A stretch of 64,000 nucleotides of DNA from Synechococcus sp. (lineage in GTDB: Bacteria; Cyanobacteriota; Cyanobacteriia; PCC-6307; Cyanobiaceae): assembly GCA_047285535.1 (NCBI GenBank), contig JBJBDC010000001.1, positions 1,888,136 to 1,952,135 of the forward strand, given 5' to 3'. Each line of letters begins with the position of its first letter. Position 1 is the first letter of the stretch. A program made the position numbers and the translations under genes. Of the stretch, positions 1 to 9,750 are shown piece after piece. Below the pieces are notes generated by a model that saw only the letters and a list, made by a program, of their open reading frames with translations, was not told the origin of the DNA and did no database searches.

Positions 1-795
1 CTCCAAGAATGCAGGGGTTTCTGGCAACGCTAGATGCAGGTGATTGTCAAGATGCATTCTCACCTTTAAGTCCCGAGCCTTGAGATCAAGAATGTGACCA
101 CCGCTGAGGCGATCTTCGCTCAGAAGATGCAAGTGATATCCCGGCACATTGATGGTACGGGCATAATTTGGAGTCCAAAAGCCCACCAAGGTGCCTCGAA
201 TCTCCTGCTTTTGGAATTCCGCTTGATGACTTGTTGCTGCAACCAAATCCATTCCAGGTTCGCTTCGGCAAGCCACCCGGTAGTGAATCTGATCAAAAAC
301 CCCATCTACTCGAATCGCACAAAACAGATTGTTTGTGCGCCGCAGTAAATCCAACTGCTGGGTGAGATCCGGCCAGCTGCTCACGTCACTCAGAGTGGTT
401 GTGAGATCAGCGACGAAGAAGGTGGTAGCCCAGAAAGGTGCTTCTGTGGCCTCGGGTACTTCGCGCACAGTCCCGTCTCCGCGAGCCTGCCAGCACTGAC
501 CCTCCAGCATGATTCCTTCTCCATCGAGGCCCTCGAAGGTGCCCAGTCCAAAATCACCGTGGCGGCGCAGATCGGCGACTTTCACACACCCCTGATAGAC
601 CCCTTGAACCAGGGCTCCAGAGGTGGATACTTGATAAATAGTGTGATGCTCCAGATCGAGGCTGTCGGCAAGAGAGGCGCGAATAATCTGGCCCAGGCTG
701 TCGCCAGTGCGTTCAGATAGCTCCTTCATGGCGTTCCAGAGGCCGTCCCCAAGGGTGACGCTCAGATGATGACTTGCATCGGGATGGCAGGGCAT
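1..795 (-). CDS. budA: Alpha-acetolactate decarboxylase with an N-terminal ribbon-helix-helix-like extension (3' end runs off the window)
   Basis: Not in the ORF track because there is no stop in the window. Manual translation from ATG 795 gives MPCHPDASHHLSVTLGDGLWNAMKELSERTGDSLGQIIRASLADSLDLEHHTIYQVSTSGALVQGVYQG...HGDFGLGTFEGLDGEG...GFWTPNYARTINVPGYHLHLLSEDRLSGGHILD. These are ALDC motifs, and the gene lies directly downstream of alsS. Confidence 0.9.
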   Translation of the reverse strand, partial: MPCHPDASHHLSVTLGDGLWNAMKELSERTGDSLGQIIRASLADSLDLEHHTIYQVSTSGALVQGVYQGCVKVADLRRHGDFGLGTFEGLDGEGIMLEGQCWQARGDGTVREVPEATEAPFWATTFFVADLTTTLSDVSSWPDLTQQLDLLRRTNNLFCAIRVDGVFDQIHYRVACRSEPGMDLVAATSHQAEFQKQEIRGTLVGFWTPNYARTINVPGYHLHLLSEDRLSGGHILDLKARDLKVRMHLDNHLHLALPETPAFLE

Positions 796-834
796 AACAG
801 AAAGCGGGTTAAGGGTGAATGAGCACGTGCGATA

Positions 835-2478
835 TCAATGAATGAACTGCTGATGAACGTTCTGCATCAGCTTGATGTTGTCTGAGTAATCGATCGGGAT
901 ATTGATCAGTACAGGCACGGTCTGCTGCAAAGCCTCCTGAAGAACAGGGCCAAGCGAGTCGGCTGCATTGATGTCATAACCGCGGCAGCCAAAGGCCTCA
1001 GCGAACTTGACCACGTCATAGTGACCAAGCTGAATTCCTGAAACGCGTCCGTAGTGGGCTTGTTCCTGAAACTCAACCATGTTGTAGGAATTGCTGTTCC
1101 AAATCAGATGGACAAAACGGCTGCCCATTCTCACGGCCGTTTCTAGTTCGGTAGCCGTGAACAAAAATCCGCCATCACCAGATATGGAGATCACGGGATG
1201 GGGGTGATTGACCATGCTGGCGACGATCGCCCAGGGGAGAGCGACCCCAAGGGTCTGCTGCCCATTGCTCACCAGGACCTGACGAGCGTGCTCAGCTCTG
1301 GCATAACGGTTCATCCATATGTAATGAGACCCAACATCCAGACATAGAGTGGTCTCAGGAGTTATCACCTTGCTGAGCTCATGGATCACCCGTAACGGAT
1401 GAAGAGGGGATCCATTCATCGAGGCACCCTCCGCAGCGGTAGCCATCAGATCAGCTTCCTGAACAGCAGCCAGCACCTTGAATTCAGGGTCGATGTTCGG
1501 AACCGAGCGCTGAGACAGTGCTTGGAGATTTTGGCCAAGATCTCCAATCAGTTCGAGATCTGGCAGAAAAGCCCGGTCTTGATCAGCCAGCTGAACATCA
1601 AGTGTCACCAGAGGCCGAGAGTTATCTGTATTCCATATGCTTGGGTCGTATTCAACAGGGTCAAATCCAACACAAATGACCCCATCAGCTGCATTCAGGA
1701 GAGCATCGGCGGGTTGATTGCGAAACAGACCAAGCTTGCCGACAAACTGCTGAGGAGCAACCCAGGCCCCGGGTCCTTGAAATGTTGAGGCATAAGGAAT
1801 TCCGCTATGAGTGACATAGGCCGTCAAAGCTTCGGCATATTCAGAGGAAGAAACCTTCATGCCAAGCAGCAACAGGGGCTTATGCATTGCTTGAATGATC
1901 TGAGCGGCCTGATCGAGCACGCAAGGCTGACTTGACCCAAGCGTGTAGGGCTGGCCCCAACCCCTCGTTGGCGTCCCCGAGAGATCTGCCAAACCAATAT
2001 CTCTAGGCAATCCGAGGAACGAGGCCCCAGGGCGACCGCCTTCTGCGGCCCTCATCGCATTACCTAGTACTTCCGGCAAATCATGAACGGTCAGAGCAGA
2101 CTGAGAAAACTTCGTAGCCGGCTTCATCAGAGCCACGGCATCAAGGGACTGATGCGTTTGCTTAAAACGATCATCGAGAGGGACCTCACCACCGATAGCC
2201 AGAACCGGGTCTCCCTCTGTTGTTGCAGTGGCCAACCCCGTCACCAGATTGGTTACTCCCGGACCAGAGGTGGCTACACAGACACCGAGACGTCCAGTCA
2301 ATCGACCAACGGCCTGAGCCATAAACGCTGCATTTTGCTCATGCCGACACAGCACAAGCTCAATCGACGAATCAAGTAATGCGTTGAAGACACTGTCAAC
2401 CTTGGCTCCTGGCACACCGAACACATGGGTAACTCCATGCTGTTCAAGCGTCTTGACCAGAAAGGCAGCACCGTTCAT
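835..2478 (-). CDS. alsS: Acetolactate synthase, catabolic type (TPP enzyme)
   Basis: VFGVPGAKVD, RHEQNAAFMA, SNGQQTLGVALPWAI and the GDGGF TPP motif; adjacent to ALDC. Confidence 0.9.
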   Translation of the reverse strand: MNGAAFLVKTLEQHGVTHVFGVPGAKVDSVFNALLDSSIELVLCRHEQNAAFMAQAVGRLTGRLGVCVATSGPGVTNLVTGLATATTEGDPVLAIGGEVPLDDRFKQTHQSLDAVALMKPATKFSQSALTVHDLPEVLGNAMRAAEGGRPGASFLGLPRDIGLADLSGTPTRGWGQPYTLGSSQPCVLDQAAQIIQAMHKPLLLLGMKVSSSEYAEALTAYVTHSGIPYASTFQGPGAWVAPQQFVGKLGLFRNQPADALLNAADGVICVGFDPVEYDPSIWNTDNSRPLVTLDVQLADQDRAFLPDLELIGDLGQNLQALSQRSVPNIDPEFKVLAAVQEADLMATAAEGASMNGSPLHPLRVIHELSKVITPETTLCLDVGSHYIWMNRYARAEHARQVLVSNGQQTLGVALPWAIVASMVNHPHPVISISGDGGFLFTATELETAVRMGSRFVHLIWNSNSYNMVEFQEQAHYGRVSGIQLGHYDVVKFAEAFGCRGYDINAADSLGPVLQEALQQTVPVLINIPIDYSDNIKLMQNVHQQFIH

Positions 2479-3141
2479 CTGACACTCATTCTACTAATAC
2501 TGTTTTGCCAATAAAAAAACTGAATGGCAGCATCAAGACCAAAAGCTTTTTCGATCTCCCTGGAGAGCATGAACATCAAAGGATCAGGCGCCGAGCAGCT
2601 TTTATCAATAAATATTAAAAGACAGAGAGTGCATCTTACCTAATTTCACATCACATCATGGGAATAACTTGGACTCAAAAAACTTTTTCTAATACATCAA
2701 AATTGCCGTCACCGCCCCAATCAAGTGAACAGCCCGTCCAAAAGAGAGCAAATATCGAGCCGCGAGAAGGCAAGAATTGACCCCACATCAACACCAGAGC
2801 ATCTTTAACAATCTCAGCGCTCAAAACCCATTCAATTGCACCTTAAAACAGCTCAATCGAATTTTTATCAGCCCAATCAATCCAAGACGTCGAGCACAAC
2901 TAATCAGCTAAACTTCCAGCATAGCGCTACACCCTTACGCGTTAAGCATTACAAATGCAGCGAAAATTTTGGCATTCTCGAACATCATCGCATGATCAAT
3001 ATTGATATTTTGAGAGTTTTAATGCCATTGAAGCGAGCCTCCATCATGACCGCCATGAGCTTGTTGCCTCCATCCACTGCTCAAGGCCTTTTGAGCTACC
3101 AACCCAATCAGCCTCTTCTCTGCTAAACCTCAACAACCTGG

Positions 3142-3732
3142 TTGCCGATCAAAGCAGATTCGAACAGGCTGAAGAAAATGCAAGGTTCTATGAAGTCAAT
3201 TCATTCCCCAAGGCGGTACTTCGGAGGCCCACTCCTTGGCCTGCTGTTCACTGGGCTCGGATTAGCCCCTGCCAATTCGCAAACCATTGATTTCAGCAGT
3301 CGTGAACTGGAGCAAGGCTTAGCCCTCGAACGGGCCATCAATGCCCAGCGTGTTCGCGTAGGGATGCCAGCACTGAAACCACTCAATCAAGACCTGCAGA
3401 GATTGCAACTGTCCTACAGCGCTGCTGTACTCAACGAGCTCTTGGATCGCGCCAACTGTGATCACGACTACAGGGCCTTAAAAACTTTGCAAAACCAGGT
3501 CTCAAAAACATCAGCAACGATTGCCACCGCCTTTCCAGCCAGCGAGGTGATTGGCTGCCCTATTCAATCCCGAGCCTGGAGCACACAGTCGATGATGAGG
3601 CGCTGGGAGGAATCCCCTCATCACAACCAGATCCTCTTTCAGCGTCCCAACAGAAGCAACATTGGATGCTCCGTGAAGTCCCGTGGAGGGTTTGTCGCAT
3701 CGATTTGCACCCTCTGGACTCCTTACAATTAA
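3142..3732 (+). CDS. CAP/SCP-domain secreted protein (start may be 3178 or 3190)
   Basis: Signal-like hydrophobic stretch; INAQR..GMPAL; W.ESPHH.QIL; NIGC. Confidence 0.65.
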   Translation: MPIKADSNRLKKMQGSMKSIHSPRRYFGGPLLGLLFTGLGLAPANSQTIDFSSRELEQGLALERAINAQRVRVGMPALKPLNQDLQRLQLSYSAAVLNELLDRANCDHDYRALKTLQNQVSKTSATIATAFPASEVIGCPIQSRAWSTQSMMRRWEESPHHNQILFQRPNRSNIGCSVKSRGGFVASICTLWTPYN

Positions 3733-4505
3733 ATTCATCGATCGCAACCGTATTGCGCCCTAAAATGAATTCGCAAAGAACATATACCTTCAACACGATG
3801 ATACAAACCTAAACATCAAAAGCGCAACGAAACATAGCGACGTCATCATTCAATTAAACAAAGCCGATGAGAAAAATCGGAACTCAAGCCAACAAGTAGT
3901 GAATACCGACCAGGTAGGAATAGTCTCAATGAATCAATTCATTAATCTATCGCCAAAGTTCAACATTTTAAATTCCCAGCATTCGCAATTGACGCGAAAT
4001 GCAATGGAGCCATGGGAGCAGGCACGGGACCATCCTCAAGACACGCATCTAAGCAAGGCATCCCCAAAACGAGCAATGCGCCCACGCCAGCGCAGGCCAA
4101 ACATCCAAACAAACGAGAGGTCAACTTCGCCACATTCGGCAATAGCTTTCCCAAAAAAACGCGACGAGCCCAAAGGGAACAGCCAGGAATCCACTGGTCT
4201 AGCAGCTGGAGATTAAGATCAATGAATTTAAGCGTAGAGATATTTAGCGAAGTTCAATAAGACCGGGAATGAACGCGTTTACAACGAAAACTCAATGAAG
4301 TTGAGTGAAATCAGCGCAGCAAAAGTGACTCCATCATGATTTACGAAACACGTCGCAACAGTGCAGCTCGAGCTTCCATTTAGATTTTTTGGAGCGTTAA
4401 TCGCGGGCCCTGCCCTAAAGATTATGTCTCGAACATTCAAAGAGGCTGCATTGCTTGGCGGGACTTTCCTCTGCGGACTTGGCGCCCTTGAGTTGGCACT
4501 TCGCT

Positions 4506-4808
4506 TCAGTGGCTACTGAGGTGAAGTCCGTCCAGCGAGCGGATAATGTCCGACACCTGATCACCATTAACCCAATAAAGACAGCCGTCTTCAACGTTGG
4601 CCACCTGGCACATAGGGCTTCTCCCTGAATCTCTGTCGCCTGCCTCACAGAAGACAACCTGACCCATCCACCAATCCCCTGGGGCCCTTAATCCAACTTG
4701 AAACTGCGCTTGCACGATCACAAAGTCGCCAGCACAGACACGCCTTGACCTTGAAGCCACTGCGCTGAGCGGGGGAACAGGAGCAAGAAACAGAGGATCA
4801 AGACTCAC
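4506..4808 (-). CDS. DUF3104 family protein
   Basis: GDFVIV..DWWMGQVVFCEAGDRD...QVANVEDGCLYWVNGD pattern typical of picocyanobacterial DUF3104. Confidence 0.75.
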   Translation of the reverse strand: MSLDPLFLAPVPPLSAVASRSRRVCAGDFVIVQAQFQVGLRAPGDWWMGQVVFCEAGDRDSGRSPMCQVANVEDGCLYWVNGDQVSDIIRSLDGLHLSSH

Positions 4809-4809
4809 T

Positions 4810-4823
4810 AGTACTTCTGAACT
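4810..4823. promoter_or_regulatory. Possible cyanobacterial LexA box
   Basis: AGTACTTCTGAACT is one mismatch from RGTAC-N3-DGTWCB and sits immediately upstream of the DUF3104 start. Confidence 0.35.
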
Positions 4824-4929
4824 GCCAAGCAGGTTCTAGGCCACCTGGAGCGACCGGTCAAGCCCGCTTGGCGCACCGACTGGCTTCACGTTTCGCAACA
4901 AAGATGCTTAAAGTAACTTCAACAGCTGG

Positions 4930-5028
4930 ATGTCTATGTCTACTCAAGACCTCTTAGTGCTTGTCGTCAGCTTCGGCGCAGCCTGCTTCGCTCTCAACAT
5001 CTACAAGATCAACCAGACCGCACGCTGA
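4930..5028 (+). CDS. Small single-TM protein (32 aa)
   Basis: MSMSTQDLLVLVVSFGAACFALNIYKINQTAR*; below the ORF-track cutoff. Confidence 0.35.
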   Translation: MSMSTQDLLVLVVSFGAACFALNIYKINQTAR

Positions 5029-5127
5029 GCAAAGACCAGTTCCAGTTGAAAGCGTTGAGCCTAAAGTTCAATTTTGGCTGCATATTTTTTACGTTGTTAT
5101 ACTTTTATATTGTATTCACTTAGAGAG

Positions 5128-5829
5128 ATGGAAAGTTACGGTTCAGCCTTTGATCCAATGAATTGGCTCAAAGCAATCAATCATTGTGTGCCTAGTTTGA
5201 CGTTACAAGCGGGAGAAAGGGTGCTGACTGAAGTCGTTTCCATCAATAATTTTTTTACCGATTGCCAGTTACCATTAACCATATTGCAATATCCATTGAC
5301 TGTACCTGCAGAATTACATGCATTAATTCGCTCGGATGTTTTGTTAAATGAATCCGAGTCTGATGAAGTAATGCACGCTATCTTACCTTCCAAGAGTGAA
5401 GCGTTGTCATTGTTAGAACAAGTTAATCTTATTCCCGCTGTTGCTGCTGATTATTGGTCGATGCAGTCCACTAATGTATTAAATCAGTGTGACTACCCAC
5501 GCTTGAATCAGTCATCAACATTGCAGCAGGAAAAGATTGTGACTGACTTAGATCGTTTTCACCGCAACATGACGTTAGAAGGTGTGCCTAGTGATGAGTT
5601 TATTTATATGTTGAACGGTAGTGTGCATTTTTATTTTTTTACGGCTCGTGGCGTGGTGCATCTGGATGTCACAGCGGCTGATGGTGCGGGTTGGTTACTG
5701 GTTTACAAAGGCAGTATTCCGCATGGCGGCATGTTTTCTCCGAATACAAAACAGCTAGCATTAATTGCAGGGCCTAGAGAGTGGAAAATGCAGTTTTACA
5801 GTTTAGACGAGTTGCAATCTGAGACATAA
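5128..5829 (+). CDS. Cupin-fold protein, acireductone-dioxygenase-like
   Basis: DRFHRN...DEFIYMLNGSVHFYF...GWLLVYKGSIPHGG metal-binding cupin pattern; AT-rich. Confidence 0.5.
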   Translation: MESYGSAFDPMNWLKAINHCVPSLTLQAGERVLTEVVSINNFFTDCQLPLTILQYPLTVPAELHALIRSDVLLNESESDEVMHAILPSKSEALSLLEQVNLIPAVAADYWSMQSTNVLNQCDYPRLNQSSTLQQEKIVTDLDRFHRNMTLEGVPSDEFIYMLNGSVHFYFFTARGVVHLDVTAADGAGWLLVYKGSIPHGGMFSPNTKQLALIAGPREWKMQFYSLDELQSET

Positions 5830-6110
5830 TATCGCGGGTAGTTTTTAGCCAATTTTTGATGGGTTTACAATTTGCAGATCACCAAGGCATTCATGCGTTG
5901 CTATCAGTGGTGAAAATCATGCCGGCTTCTGAACATCCAAGTGATTAATGATTAAAGGGTGGCCATGGGTCATGACAAACAAAGTCAATAGAATTGATCT
6001 TCCTGGCGATTGGAGCATCAATACTATACTGATGATCCCTCTTCTCAGCAGTTAATTTCAATTTCTACTTGCCATAAAACTCTTGATGTTCCCCTCTTGA
6101 CATCATTTTT

Positions 6111-7484
6111 TTAAAATCCTAAGTTTTCTTCCTCAATGATTGGTTGGCTGATCCAATCCTTTTCGGTCGTATAGATCAAGCTCGATTTCTCATGCTCCAT
6201 CGTTCTGATGAAATCAGTGGCTTTCTGACGCTTGGAGGTCAAATCATCATTGTGGAGATGAATCCAGTTTGCCCATTGCTGGCGCATAAGATTGCGCTCT
6301 TGAATAACAGTGTTCGAGCGTCTCCAGACCAACCACCTGACCAACGGCAGCACAATTAGTAAGAGGGAATAGATGATTCCAAATGTGGCAATGCCCACCA
6401 GCGATGCCGACACTGGAAGACTCCAATTGAGTAACAGCAAAGACATTCCCAGCAGGATCACAACCAAAACTCCGTAGGCCCGACGCTGCCACTGATTGGC
6501 ATGAGTGAAAGGAATCCGTCGTTCCCGTAGTGGCAATGAAACACCCTTGGCCTTTGAGCGCTCCTCAATGGAGCTGTCAGCAGAGGAAAAATCTTCCGCT
6601 GCTCCTTCATAGAGAGATGGAAAGCAATAGAGCAAATCGCCTTGATCCGTGACCTGGGGCTGGCCATCAAAATGCAGCAAAACCGGCAACATGCCCTGGT
6701 CGGCGCGTTCCGAAGCCACCAGTGACTCATGGGGCTGCAATTCAGAGAGCTTTAATTCAGAAGGATTTAATTCAGAGCGTTGTGAACGAGACGGTAGTGA
6801 TCCCAAATCCAACAGGGGTGCCAGGTCTTCAGCAATCACAACCCCACCACGGTGTCGCAAGAAGCTTCCGATGCGTTGCCATCTTTTCTGGTCGAGATCT
6901 TGGTTAGGATCTCCATCGCCAAATAAAATGGAATACACCGATTCCAAAAACGCAACACGATTAGGTGGCGACTGATCCTTACCGGAAGGGAAGCGACCTG
7001 GAGAGCCAATCCAGAACTGATCAGTGAGCACCGCTACAACAATGCGGAGGATGAGCTCTAGTCCTCCACCGACAAACGACATCAGCGCGTTGGCGGCGTC
7101 ATCTTCGGCCTTCAACAAAGCCAAGCCCATAAGGAGCACAAGCAGGCTGATCAAAACAACCATCACAACGAGCACGACCCCGAAGCTGCAGCGAATGATC
7201 CGGAACAGCAGCGACCAAACACGGCGCAAACAGGCATGAAGACGCAGACGCCAAGATCGTGCCAACAGGAAACGGCGCAGCTGAGAACGGAAGACATACG
7301 TGACGTTTCCATCCTTTGAGACTCGCAGCTGAGCACCACTGGCCACAGCTAACGCGAGCAGCCTTGGCTCAACGATGTTCAAAGGCAAGCCAGTTGCGAT
7401 GGCAGCATCTGCGGTTGTCCACGCACCGCCCTGAACCCCCAACAACGTCAACAGCGCATCGTCCGTGTTCGATCGTCCTCTCAA
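6111..7484 (-). CDS. Conserved cyanobacterial/plastid membrane protein (At5g03900-like)
   Basis: TTADAAIATGL...LRVSKDGNVTYVF, FLESVYSILFGDGDPN, GGVVIAEDLAPLL, FDGQPQV..GDLLY.FP. Confidence 0.75.
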   Translation of the reverse strand: MRGRSNTDDALLTLLGVQGGAWTTADAAIATGLPLNIVEPRLLALAVASGAQLRVSKDGNVTYVFRSQLRRFLLARSWRLRLHACLRRVWSLLFRIIRCSFGVVLVVMVVLISLLVLLMGLALLKAEDDAANALMSFVGGGLELILRIVVAVLTDQFWIGSPGRFPSGKDQSPPNRVAFLESVYSILFGDGDPNQDLDQKRWQRIGSFLRHRGGVVIAEDLAPLLDLGSLPSRSQRSELNPSELKLSELQPHESLVASERADQGMLPVLLHFDGQPQVTDQGDLLYCFPSLYEGAAEDFSSADSSIEERSKAKGVSLPLRERRIPFTHANQWQRRAYGVLVVILLGMSLLLLNWSLPVSASLVGIATFGIIYSLLLIVLPLVRWLVWRRSNTVIQERNLMRQQWANWIHLHNDDLTSKRQKATDFIRTMEHEKSSLIYTTEKDWISQPIIEEENLGF

Positions 7485-8467
7485 CGTGCCGCACCGTCAT
7501 GGTCAGCAAGCATCTTTGGAGGCTGAGCCTGCAGGGATAGTGGTTTCAATGGGGGCCAGCACAAATCTTCTAAGCGCCAAGCGTGCAACTGATACCCTCC
7601 ATCACCGGGTGTTGCCGTCGCGCAAAGCTCCTGATCCGATCGATATAAGGGATCCCCAAGCAAAGGACAACCAATTTGAGCGAGATGAATGCGGATCTGA
7701 TGGGGTCGGCCCGTTCGAATCAGCACTTCTAGAAGGTCTCCAGCGTCGCGTCGCTCCCTCAATCGCAAGACAGATTGTGCCGACAAGCGCTTACGCAATG
7801 GCACAGGTGTCTTTGGCTCTGGTCCCCAAACCCAACCGAGCCAAGGATGCCGACGCTCCACAACATCGGTTGTGACTTCAAGGGTGTGACCGTGTTGAAG
7901 GCTCTCCACGCGAGGCGTCCAAGCCAGGTACGTTTTGCGGCAACCACCTTCGGGTCGAAATTGATTCGACAACGCTGCTCGCGTTTCAGGTCTTCGCGCG
8001 CACACTTGCAGGCCAGAGGTAAAGCGCCCGAGGCGATGAATAGGCTTCGGAACCAAAGCCTCTCCCAGACAGTGACTTCGTCGCTCCAATAATGCCATCA
8101 AGGTGTGATTCAGGAAGCCGCCACCTGGCATCACTGGCAACCCTGAGGGCTTATTAACAACCAGCACATCGCCGTCATCATGAAGGGTGTCCCACTGATC
8201 GGGAATTGCTGCTTCAAGCCAGGGTGGACGATGCCAATGGATGACATCTCCCGCAGCGAGAACCCTATCCGAATGAAGGACCTCACCATTGCAGCTCAAC
8301 TCAGCTGCCGCTAATCGCTGCAGCCAAGTTGTCAAAGACGAGTGGCGATAACGCTCTGCCATCACCACACTCAAAAGCCTGCCATTTTCGGCAGCCCTGG
8401 CCCGATCGGAATAGATCCAGCCGTTATTCAACGCCGCCGGCCGCCACTTCGCCGGAGCAGCGATCAA
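7481..8467 (-). CDS. RluA-family pseudouridine synthase
   Basis: VVNKPSGLPV, HRLGRFTSG, TGRPHQIRIHLAQIGCPLLGDPLY. Confidence 0.9.
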   Translation of the reverse strand: MIAAPAKWRPAALNNGWIYSDRARAAENGRLLSVVMAERYRHSSLTTWLQRLAAAELSCNGEVLHSDRVLAAGDVIHWHRPPWLEAAIPDQWDTLHDDGDVLVVNKPSGLPVMPGGGFLNHTLMALLERRSHCLGEALVPKPIHRLGRFTSGLQVCARRPETRAALSNQFRPEGGCRKTYLAWTPRVESLQHGHTLEVTTDVVERRHPWLGWVWGPEPKTPVPLRKRLSAQSVLRLRERRDAGDLLEVLIRTGRPHQIRIHLAQIGCPLLGDPLYRSDQELCATATPGDGGYQLHAWRLEDLCWPPLKPLSLQAQPPKMLADHDGAAR

Positions 8468-9177
8468 TGCACTAAATGATGTTGAAGGGCGTATCGCACC
8501 AGCTCCGTGCGACTGGAGGTTTCCGTCTTAATAAATAAACGGCTCACGTACTTCTCCACATTGCGAATCGAGGTCTCGAGCTGTCGGGCGATCTCTTTGT
8601 TCATGAGCCCCTCAGCCACGAGCTGCAAGACACTGGCCTCGCGAGGCGTGAAGCTGTGTTGTACGGGATCCTGATTAGGTAAAGCATCCGCCTGAGCCAG
8701 AAGCGATCGAATCTCCGTGATCTGCTTGGCCATCTGGCCCATATCGGTATCAGCAAACCGCGCCGCTTCCTGCAAAAGCCGCTGCTGACGCTGCGCGACA
8801 TTTCTGACCCTGGCGACGAGTTCGTCTGGATCAAACGGTTTAGGGATGTAGTCATCAACTCCTGCAAGGTATCCCTGGGTGCGATCCGCAGTCATGCCTT
8901 TGGCAGTCAGGAAGATCACTGGCGTTCCACCAAGCCGCTCGTCTGCCCGCAGCTTGCGCAGCAAGCCATAGCCATCAAGTCTGGGCATCATCACGTCGCT
9001 AATCACCAGATCAGGAAGCATCTGCTGGGCCTTGCTGAAGCCCTCTTCACCATCCTCAGCCGTTGTGACATCAAATCCCTCATCCTCTAAGTAGGCCTGA
9101 ACAGCAGTCCGCAATCCTGGCTCGTCATCAACGAGGAGCAACCTGGGTGTCGGGTCCTCGATGGGGGTGTCCGTCAT
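8464..9177 (-). CDS. NarL/LuxR-family response regulator (Ycf29-like)
   Basis: Receiver domain (LLVDDE, DVMMPRLDG, KPF) plus LuxR HTH (TPREASVLQLVAEGLMNKEIA). Confidence 0.9.
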   Translation of the reverse strand: MTDTPIEDPTPRLLLVDDEPGLRTAVQAYLEDEGFDVTTAEDGEEGFSKAQQMLPDLVISDVMMPRLDGYGLLRKLRADERLGGTPVIFLTAKGMTADRTQGYLAGVDDYIPKPFDPDELVARVRNVAQRQQRLLQEAARFADTDMGQMAKQITEIRSLLAQADALPNQDPVQHSFTPREASVLQLVAEGLMNKEIARQLETSIRNVEKYVSRLFIKTETSSRTELVRYALQHHLVH

Positions 9178-9210
9178 TGGCCTGACGCATCTGTGCGGAA
9201 TCTAGAGGCG

Positions 9211-9729
9211 TTATGGACTTGGCAACCGCAAAATCTCTTGTGATTCCACCTGCAGAGTCGAAAAGCCCAGCTCTTTCGCCTTTGCATTCAATAACGAAGG
9301 ATCATCAACAGCAATCCCTGGCTGGCATGCAGCCCACCACACCAAATGGTGCTCCCGATTAGCCGAGGTCAAAGGACCGCCAGGATTGAGACGATTCAGA
9401 TAGATCGCTGTCTCATCTCGCGTGACACGCATGGGCTCGTTCCGACTGCAATTCACTGATTCCGTAGGGATGATCAGATTGTCGGGAGATTCTCTCCAAA
9501 GCTTGTACCGCCTTAAATCAGGATCAGCCGGATCGGCCTGAATAGCAAAAATGCCAAGGGTGTATGTACCTCCCACTTCACGCCGATCCAGCACAACCAG
9601 ATCTGAGGGGCGCGACGCCCGCATCCGTTCAAGGACCTTCTGTCGCACAGATGTCTCTGCCACGCCAGGCTGAAGCACACCGATCGCGAGGCAACCAAGA
9701 CAGGTCAACCCAACAGCCGCACGCATCAC
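9211..9729 (-). CDS. Conserved hypothetical exported protein
   Basis: 172-aa ORF with signal-like N-terminus filling the gap between core genes. Confidence 0.65.
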   Translation of the reverse strand: MMRAAVGLTCLGCLAIGVLQPGVAETSVRQKVLERMRASRPSDLVVLDRREVGGTYTLGIFAIQADPADPDLRRYKLWRESPDNLIIPTESVNCSRNEPMRVTRDETAIYLNRLNPGGPLTSANREHHLVWWAACQPGIAVDDPSLLNAKAKELGFSTLQVESQEILRLPSP

Positions 9730-9750
9730 ATCGGACTACAGACTTCCACC

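Noticed and set aside
3960..4200. Hydrophobic minus-strand ORF
   Set aside because: No good start and no recognised family; at best a fragment
6738..6780. Short ~15-nt tandem repeat (SELNP-SELKL-SELQP) in a membrane protein
   Set aside because: In-frame low-complexity linker with no further structure
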